DNA of 64,000 nucleotides from a virus: IMG/VR virus record IMGVR_UViG_3300047494_000263, positions 11,426 to 75,425 of that record; one strand, 5' to 3'. Shown piece by piece: positions 57,666 to 64,000 of this stretch (position 1 is its first letter; each line of letters starts with the position of its first letter). The notes under the pieces were generated by a model. It saw only the letters and a program-made list of their open reading frames with translations, ran no database searches and was not told where the DNA came from. The position numbers and the translations under genes were made by a program.

Positions 57666-60600
57666 GCGAGCTCTTCGACATTGCCGCGCCATCATCGATC
57701 GGTGATTGGTATGCGCCGGTCCGCGACCGTCACGGCCGCGGCACCACGGCGGCGCGCCCGGGTGGTCTTGCCGGGCTGCATCATGCGCGGCTCGATCACG
57801 ATAGCCAGTTTTTCACACCCGAACCGGTCGCCCGTTTTATGTGGGATCTGGTCGCGCCTTCGCTTGACGCGCTGTTTGAAAAGCACGGCCGTCGCATTGC
57901 TTTATTCGACAATTCGGTGGGCAGCGGGCGTCTTTTCCAGTTCGCAGAACCTGCGAAGCACGTCCTGTACGGTGCCGACATCGATGCCAGCTCGATCGAA
58001 GCGTTTGGCGCAGCGGCAAAGGCTGCTGGGTTTAAATCCGAACTGATCGTTGCGGGTCTTGAAGAATTGGACGCGCGACACATGATGGTCGGTCTTATCA
58101 ACCCGCCGTTTTCGATTCACCTGGAGTCGCCGCTTCTCAAGCCGCTCATTTGCAATACCTACGGTCGCTTCGGCCCTGGCAGTAGCGCGAAGAGTCATGA
58201 TTACGCGCTGCACCAGGCGTTGGATGCCTGCGCCGTCGTCGTGGCAGTCTTGCCGGATAGCGCCATCCAGACATTGCTCGACAAGCCAGAGCTCGCATCT
58301 GGTCGACTGCACACCATCTATCGACTGCCGGCCGGGTCATTCCGTGCTGAAGGAACCGACGTTTCCGTGTCAATCGCGCTGTTCGATGAGGCGTATACCC
58401 ATCGAGCCCCTGCGCAAATCGCCGTTGGGTCGGATCTGAAGGTTTCCGCACCCACCCTTGTGATGCACCCCCGTCGCGATGCGCAGCTGCGCTCCCTGGC
58501 CCTTGACGACAGCGAGCCCGCCGTTCTGCTGCCTGTCACCGGCGACAAGCGGGTGCGGATCACGCACTGCGGTCGCAAGCTCAACCTCCACTTTAACTGC
58601 GGGCTGACCCAGGCCAAGGTCTTGAATGCCGTCTACGGCAGCCGCCTGTCGTATGAAGAAATCCGGACCAACAAAATTCCGCCTCATGTGGTCTACATCG
58701 GGCAGGGCGCCCTTGACCTCGAGATGCACCTGGCCACTAAGGATCCTTGGGAGTCGCTGAACGACCTTTTTCAGACAATACGAGCAGCTGGTGGCGGCGC
58801 CGACCCTTGCCAGGGTTTACTACGTCACTTCGAGAAGCGCCTGCGTCGCTCCCGCCGGCAGTCAACGCCATTTGCCCATGACGTGTGGGTGGCCGATGCA
58901 GCCGCGGCTGGGGAACAGACGATTCGTGCCGTCGTCAGCAAGCGCCATGTCGCAGACACCAGCGTATGGGGCTCACCGCTATTGTCGACTGGACAGTCAA
59001 TTGAACTGCGCCGTGATGGCGCCGACTATGTCTGCTTGATTGGCGGCAAGGAATGCAGATACGACGAACGGCGGCTCCGGTCGCACTTTGAAGTCGAGCA
59101 GGTCAATCAAGCTGGGTGGGAGACTGTCTACCCAGGGCTGCATGTGGCTTACCCGGCCATTTCACAGAGCCTGCGTGCTCGCGCGAAACAGTTGGGCATC
59201 GAAGCATGGCTCTCTTGGGAATATCAACTCGAAGACCTGATTGAACTCAGTATGAAGCCGCATGGCGCGCTGTGTGCGTGGGAACAGGGGCTCGGCAAAG
59301 CTCGCCTGGCGAGCGCGTTAATCCTCTTGTCCGGCGTCACGCATGGACTGCTGGTGGTCGAGCCATACCTGGTCGATGAAATGATCCGCGAGTTGGAAGG
59401 CCTGCCGATTCCACGTTCCGATTGGAAGGTGATCGAGCGCCCCGAAGCGCTTGACCGGCTGGCCAAAATTAACGTGATTACATACAACAGACTTCGCTTG
59501 CCGCTGACCGCGCCATCAGCTCCGCTCTGCGATCTTGACGATAACGAGATGGCCCGCACCGAGGATGACACCTCCGCATCGAAACTCGCCCTGGCGCCGC
59601 CCGCTGGCTTTCGCCTGAGCGCTACCTATGCGCACGCGCTGCGCCGCCGTTGCGGCCTGGTGGTCGCCGACGAGGCTGACTCATTAGCCAACCGGAATTC
59701 GCAACGCACCCAGGCTTTGTGGCACCTGGCCGCGCGCAAGCGCTACGGCCTCTCCGGTACCGCGATCGCCAACTACCCGAGGGACCTGTTGGGCGTCTTG
59801 TCCTGGTGCGGCACCGATGGGACCGCTGCCCAGCCGTATAGCCTGCGCCGTCCGTTTGTTGAAGCGGCATGCGTCAAGTCGATGCTGACCGCGACGCGTG
59901 GCCAGGAAAAGTTCCTGGAGCGCTTTGTTTCTCTTGAGTGGGTCACCAACGCATTTCTCGATACCGCCCGTGAAGGCGCCAAGCGCGAAGTGCCTCGAAT
60001 TGCAGATGTATCAGGGTACCGAAAATGGATTGCCCCGCTGGTGAAGCGCCGTCTGGCAAAAGAACCTGCGGTGGCGAAGTACATCACCATCCCCGATCCG
60101 ACGGAAATCGTGACGACCGTTCAGTGGAATCAGGATCACCTGGCTTACTACCTCACGGTTGCGGACGAATTCGCACAGTGGTATCGCAAGGTCCACGAAG
60201 ACATGAAAGGCGTTAACCTGGTGACGCTACTGGCGCGCATTCAGGCGGTACAGTTCGCGTGCAATCTGCCGCAACGTCCGCGTGACGGCTTTGGCAGCCT
60301 CACGGGCCTGACATCGAAGCAACAATATGTCCTCGACCGCACGCGTCAATTGGTGGACGAAAAACACAAGATCGTTGTGTATTCCGAATTCCCAGGCACG
60401 CTGGATATTTACCATCGTCACCTGACGAAAGCAGGCATCGATTCGGTTGTGGTCCACGGTGGGCGACCGATCAAGGCGCGTACCGCTGAAATGAACGCGC
60501 GCTATCGCTTCGGCGACACGCCGGTGCTGCTGGCGTCCTATGGGTGCTTCCAGGCCGGAACCAACCTGCATTGCGCCGATCGCGTGATAAACACCGATCT

Positions 60601-60913
60601 TCCGTGGAGTGCCAAGCGCCAGCGTCAAAGCGATCGCCGCCTATGCCGCCCGCAGCAGGTCCGTGATGTCGTGGTTGAGCGAGTGCTGCTCGCCGGCAGT
60701 ATCGATGACTACCAGCGCGAGATGGTGCTGTTTAAAGGCAATGCTGCCGATGCGGGGCTGGATTGGGCTGCCCCGATCTCAGACGATGTCCATTTTTTGC
60801 ATATCGATACGCTGCTCGGTCGTTTTGTCGAGGATCTAGCCAAGGTGCATGGAATGGAGATGAGTGAGTTCCGCGAGCAGGTGAAGGCTAGACGGGAAGT
60901 GGTGACGGCATGA
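57662..60913 (+). CDS. N6-adenine DNA methyltransferase - SNF2-type helicase fusion
   Basis: QFFTP, FDNSVGSGR, INPPF; helicase WEQGLGK, VVADEAD, LSGT, GTNL..ADRVI..DLPW, R..RPQQ. Confidence 0.85.
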   Translation: MSELFDIAAPSSIGDWYAPVRDRHGRGTTAARPGGLAGLHHARLDHDSQFFTPEPVARFMWDLVAPSLDALFEKHGRRIALFDNSVGSGRLFQFAEPAKHVLYGADIDASSIEAFGAAAKAAGFKSELIVAGLEELDARHMMVGLINPPFSIHLESPLLKPLICNTYGRFGPGSSAKSHDYALHQALDACAVVVAVLPDSAIQTLLDKPELASGRLHTIYRLPAGSFRAEGTDVSVSIALFDEAYTHRAPAQIAVGSDLKVSAPTLVMHPRRDAQLRSLALDDSEPAVLLPVTGDKRVRITHCGRKLNLHFNCGLTQAKVLNAVYGSRLSYEEIRTNKIPPHVVYIGQGALDLEMHLATKDPWESLNDLFQTIRAAGGGADPCQGLLRHFEKRLRRSRRQSTPFAHDVWVADAAAAGEQTIRAVVSKRHVADTSVWGSPLLSTGQSIELRRDGADYVCLIGGKECRYDERRLRSHFEVEQVNQAGWETVYPGLHVAYPAISQSLRARAKQLGIEAWLSWEYQLEDLIELSMKPHGALCAWEQGLGKARLASALILLSGVTHGLLVVEPYLVDEMIRELEGLPIPRSDWKVIERPEALDRLAKINVITYNRLRLPLTAPSAPLCDLDDNEMARTEDDTSASKLALAPPAGFRLSATYAHALRRRCGLVVADEADSLANRNSQRTQALWHLAARKRYGLSGTAIANYPRDLLGVLSWCGTDGTAAQPYSLRRPFVEAACVKSMLTATRGQEKFLERFVSLEWVTNAFLDTAREGAKREVPRIADVSGYRKWIAPLVKRRLAKEPAVAKYITIPDPTEIVTTVQWNQDHLAYYLTVADEFAQWYRKVHEDMKGVNLVTLLARIQAVQFACNLPQRPRDGFGSLTGLTSKQQYVLDRTRQLVDEKHKIVVYSEFPGTLDIYHRHLTKAGIDSVVVHGGRPIKARTAEMNARYRFGDTPVLLASYGCFQAGTNLHCADRVINTDLPWSAKRQRQSDRRLCRPQQVRDVVVERVLLAGSIDDYQREMVLFKGNAADAGLDWAAPISDDVHFLHIDTLLGRFVEDLAKVHGMEMSEFREQVKARREVVTA

Positions 60914-61158
60914 GCAAATATCGCGGGACAGAAAACGTCGACGTCTCGGTCGGTGATGGCGTGGTGGTGATTCGCCGCGGCGGTCGCTCTGCATCGGTGT
61001 TGGCAAACATCCTATGCATTGAGCGCGAACCCGAATCTGGACGCGCCCGGATCTGGCTCGACCGCCGTGTGCATCGGTCCGACGAATACGAATTCAACGG
61101 CTGGAAGGTCGATGGTGCTTTCGTTACGGTGTTAAGCGGGACGCTTCCGACGGGTTGA
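60910..61158 (+). CDS. small hypothetical protein
   Basis: ATGA overlap; ANIL..IWLDRRVH..W...GA..TVL. Confidence 0.65.
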   Translation: MSKYRGTENVDVSVGDGVVVIRRGGRSASVLANILCIEREPESGRARIWLDRRVHRSDEYEFNGWKVDGAFVTVLSGTLPTG

Positions 61159-61165
61159 GTTCGAC

Positions 61166-61200
61166 GGGTGGAAGCGCAGGCGGTCATCGCCTATGTTTTT
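61166..61200 (+). promoter_or_regulatory. recurrent promoter motif copy
   Basis: GGGTGGA-N18-CTATGTTTTT. Confidence 0.6.
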
Positions 61201-61222
61201 CTCAGACCCATGACGAAAGAAC

Positions 61223-61582
61223 TTGATGGCAACTGGCGTATATCACGAGACCGAGATTCAACCGATTAAGCGGGCTGCAAAAGCCCTCTTGGATGGCAAG
61301 GTAAAGTCTTACGGTCGCACGGTCGCCGTGTCGACCACGATGCTCAAGCGCCTACTCGATGCGGTCGAGGCGGCGGCGCCCCGAACCGTCAACGTCGGCC
61401 TGCACGTTCACCGTGAAGGCCAGACGATTCACGTCATTACGACCCCAAAGGGCGAAGTCCTCTCGGAGAAGCAGTTCGCGCAGCATCTTGGGGACTCGCT
61501 GGACGCCTCTGACGACGAAGAGTTCGTTCAGGTCGAACGCAACGACCCCGTGAAACTTGCCACCGTTACCTCACCGGAGTAG
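61223..61582 (+). CDS. hypothetical protein
   Basis: 119 aa directly downstream of a motif copy. Confidence 0.6.
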   Translation: MMATGVYHETEIQPIKRAAKALLDGKVKSYGRTVAVSTTMLKRLLDAVEAAAPRTVNVGLHVHREGQTIHVITTPKGEVLSEKQFAQHLGDSLDASDDEEFVQVERNDPVKLATVTSPE

Positions 61583-61585
61583 AGC

Positions 61586-61852
61586 ATGCCTCGCAAAAAG
61601 ATTTCAGCCGAAGAAGCCGCGGAACTCGCCGCGGTCGCAAAAAAGATGGAAATGGACCAGTTCAAGGTCGCATTCGAGGTCTTGGCGTCCGTCGCGCTCA
61701 AGGCTGGCTTCGTGGTGACCATTAGTCAGGTGCCGACCCGACCGCTGGCGATGGGCAGGTTTGACACCGTCGTAGAGTTGCGCGAAGCTCGGAAGCTAGC
61801 GCCATTGGCGTCGGAGTCTGATGAAGAGTCGGAATCCGTCGGCCCTCAATAA
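61586..61852 (+). CDS. hypothetical protein
   Basis: G.VVTI..P..PLAMG..V.LREAR motif. Confidence 0.6.
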   Translation: MPRKKISAEEAAELAAVAKKMEMDQFKVAFEVLASVALKAGFVVTISQVPTRPLAMGRFDTVVELREARKLAPLASESDEESESVGPQ

Positions 61853-61868
61853 GCCACCAAGGAACAAC

Positions 61869-62093
61869 GTGTCCACCCTAACCACCATCCTCGAACGAAT
61901 CTTATTGTTCGCGCTCCTGGTTGCCTTGGCATTCATCATCTTGCGATTTTTCAAGGCGAGGGCGCGGCGCGCCGATAGACGAGACGAGGAAAAATCTTTG
62001 ATCTATGTCCCGGTCGATGAGCTCGATGCGCGCGTAGCCGCGGCGCAAGCGCATGGCCAAAAGGGAGCCCGCAAGCCGGTCGAGCAAAGTTGA
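61869..62093 (+). CDS. small single-TM protein
   Basis: AAGGA RBS before GTG; TM followed by a basic stretch. Confidence 0.55.
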   Translation: MSTLTTILERILLFALLVALAFIILRFFKARARRADRRDEEKSLIYVPVDELDARVAAAQAHGQKGARKPVEQS

Positions 62094-62716
62094 ATCGCGC
62101 CCCAAATAGCGCTGAGGACACCGGTGACCATGTGCCACCATGTCAGTGCTTGTTGCGTCAGGTGATCCGAAAGCAGATCTCGGGAATCATCGCTGGCGAT
62201 CGGGTAGAGCAGGACGACATCGCTGAGGCACTCGCGTGGATCGATTCCGGCGTAGAACTTTGCAGAATCGAAAAGCCGGCGACGCCGCCGATGCACTTGG
62301 TGTCCTATTGCGTGGTGCTGAACCAAGACCGTGTTCTCCTGGTCGATCACAAGAAGGCCGGACTTTGGCTGCCGACCGGTGGCCATGTCGACCAGGGCGA
62401 GTATCCACGACACGCTGCGGAGCGTGAGTTGCTTGAAGAACTCGGGGTCGTCTCCGAGGTGCCCTTCGGTGCGCCGTTCATGATTACTTGTCAAACGACC
62501 GTGGGCCTGACCGCAGGTCACAGGGATGTCAGCCTCTGGTACCTCGCGCGCGTGGCTGAGTCAACACCACTGCGTTGGGATAGGGACGAATTCAACGATA
62601 TTCGCTGGTTTTCGATGGATCAGGTGCCCCTTGAACGCGCTGATCCCTGTTTTGAACGATTCGCGCGAAAGTTGGCGGAGCATTATCCGTTAGCGCGAAC
62701 GCTCCAGCGGGTTTGA
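62090..62716 (+). CDS. NUDIX hydrolase
   Basis: HLVSY..LLVDHKKAGLWLPTGGHVDQGE..AERELLEELG. Confidence 0.9.
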   Translation: MNRAPNSAEDTGDHVPPCQCLLRQVIRKQISGIIAGDRVEQDDIAEALAWIDSGVELCRIEKPATPPMHLVSYCVVLNQDRVLLVDHKKAGLWLPTGGHVDQGEYPRHAAERELLEELGVVSEVPFGAPFMITCQTTVGLTAGHRDVSLWYLARVAESTPLRWDRDEFNDIRWFSMDQVPLERADPCFERFARKLAEHYPLARTLQRV

Positions 62717-62761
62717 ATATCCCTAAGTAGCAAACCTCGTGACTTTTCGGCCACCAACAGT

Positions 62762-62797
62762 GGGTGGAAAGAACCTCTCTCGCTCGCTATGCTTTTT
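62762..62797 (+). promoter_or_regulatory. recurrent promoter motif copy
   Basis: GGGTGGA-N18-CTATGCTTTTT. Confidence 0.6.
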
Positions 62798-62839
62798 GTG
62801 AGGCCGCGAATTGAAGCGGCTCCGAACAAGGAGCAACAG

Positions 62840-63211
62840 ATGTCGAGCACCAAACCCGCGAAGAAGGTCGTAAACAAGGCACTGCCTAGCCCACCGCCCC
62901 CGATCTCAATCGGCAATGCCGCGGGGCTGATGGAGGACCTGATCGCATCTCCAGCCATTTCGGCTGACCTTCGCAGGGTCGGCCGGGTGGTTACCGAGGT
63001 GATCGACGCCGCCGAATTCGCCGCCCATCTTCACGGCAATCTCCCTTTCTCTTTGCTGCCGCCCCACTACAAAGCGCTCATTCACTACTTCGCATGCGCG
63101 GAGGCGCTTGCCGGGACACCATCTGGAAACTCGCGCAAGTTGGCCCGGGCGCGAGTTGAGGCCGCGCGGAGTAGCGTCTATCGCGCTTTGAATAGGGAGG
63201 TACCCGTATGA
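62840..63211 (+). CDS. hypothetical protein
   Basis: AAGGAG RBS before ATG 62840. Confidence 0.6.
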   Translation: MSSTKPAKKVVNKALPSPPPPISIGNAAGLMEDLIASPAISADLRRVGRVVTEVIDAAEFAAHLHGNLPFSLLPPHYKALIHYFACAEALAGTPSGNSRKLARARVEAARSSVYRALNREVPV

Positions 63212-63513
63212 GCGCGCTGCCGATCGCCCCTCATCTCGAAGTCGATCTGATGGTGACTCTCTCGACCGCACACGTATGCAAGATCACTGCGTTTTTGATG
63301 AGTCACCGTCCTGAGAAGGTTCGCGTCCCGCACAGCCGTTGGAGTGACTACGGATGGATTGTCTTTGTTCCCGAGAACATCGACGAATACGAGCACACCT
63401 GCCCTTATGATCTCTTTGACCTCCTCAAGTGGGCCAAGAGCCGCGGCTACGGCTTCATCAAGCTCGACCGCGACGGCCCCCTGGTCGAGGGACTCACTTA
63501 CTTTGACTGGTAG
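63208..63513 (+). CDS. conserved mobile-element hypothetical protein (DUF5983-like)
   Basis: LSTAHV..YGW..P.DL..WA...G...I.LDRDG..L..FDW. Confidence 0.65.
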   Translation: MSALPIAPHLEVDLMVTLSTAHVCKITAFLMSHRPEKVRVPHSRWSDYGWIVFVPENIDEYEHTCPYDLFDLLKWAKSRGYGFIKLDRDGPLVEGLTYFDW

Positions 63514-63517
63514 TCCT

Positions 63518-64000
63518 GTGAACCAATTTGAATCGGCATTGCGCGAACTGGTTGGTGCCACCGATGCTACCACGCGCGGCGGGGACCTCGACTTGCTTCC
63601 CGTGTCACTGGCCGCCCGGCTTCGCTACGGCATGGCGCTCACCACAGCTCGCAACGTGCTCGCCGGCCGGCCCGTCTCCCTTGTGAACGCCAAGGTTCTT
63701 AAAACAGATCCGGAGGTGTTCGAGGCGGTCTTCACGGGCAAGAAAACCCACGAAATCCGCTTCAATGACCGGGATTTCCATGAGGGTGACATCTTGCTGC
63801 TGAAGGAAACCGTGTGCACCGGTCAGCAGATGCGCAACGGTGCTCCGCTTGAATTCACCGGCCGGGAATTGAGTTTCGAGGTTACTCATGTGCTCGCCGG
63901 CTATGGCCTGATGCCTGGATGGGTCATCCTTTCGCTTGGGCCAGTGATGCCGATCGCAGACACGGCCAAGGTACGCACTGCGCCCCAGGCCGGCGCCTGA
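63518..64000 (+). CDS. DUF3850/ASCH domain protein
   Basis: LK..P..FEAV..GKKTHEIRFNDRDF..GD.L.LKE..TGR..VTHV..GWVILS. Confidence 0.85.
   Translation: MNQFESALRELVGATDATTRGGDLDLLPVSLAARLRYGMALTTARNVLAGRPVSLVNAKVLKTDPEVFEAVFTGKKTHEIRFNDRDFHEGDILLLKETVCTGQQMRNGAPLEFTGRELSFEVTHVLAGYGLMPGWVILSLGPVMPIADTAKVRTAPQAGA

Noticed and set aside
1-64000. CRISPR array, integron cassettes, IS elements, prophage structural module
   Set aside because: No regularly spaced repeats, attC-like sites, transposase, integrase, terminase, capsid or tail motifs were recognised

Overview
GC-rich, gene-dense stretch that looks like backbone/accessory DNA of a large mobile replicon (megaplasmid, phage-plasmid or ICE). 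A betaproteobacterial host is inferred only from the Burkholderiales-like DnaB. No virion, conjugation, integrase, transposase, rRNA or CRISPR features were recognised. Recognisable genes: DnaB, a DnaJ-like chaperone, a GAF-PAS-GGDEF-EAL protein, AbiEii/AbiEi, a YjjJ/HipA kinase, ERCC4/XPF plus two GIY-YIG nucleases, a DpdA/TGT-like protein, a dNMP kinase fusion, two NUDIX hydrolases, DUF5131, DUF1643, four ASCH/PUA-like proteins, a NADAR gene broken by one stop codon, an N6-MTase-SNF2 fusion, a Lon-type AAA without protease domain and a HExxH-vWA peptidase. Most interesting unexplained signals: (i) a recurrent promoter-like motif (GGGTGGA-N17/18-CTATG/CTT) upstream of about 14 transcription units and a second palindromic AAGATATCTT motif, suggesting an element-wide regulon; (ii) a four-gene nuclease operon; (iii) a secreted two-gene pore-forming-toxin-like plus Gly-rich pair; (iv) an orphan DpdA-like gene among nucleotide-modifying enzymes. 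All calls come from reading motifs by eye; no database searches were run. Many starts were moved to the most plausible RBS-preceded codon.
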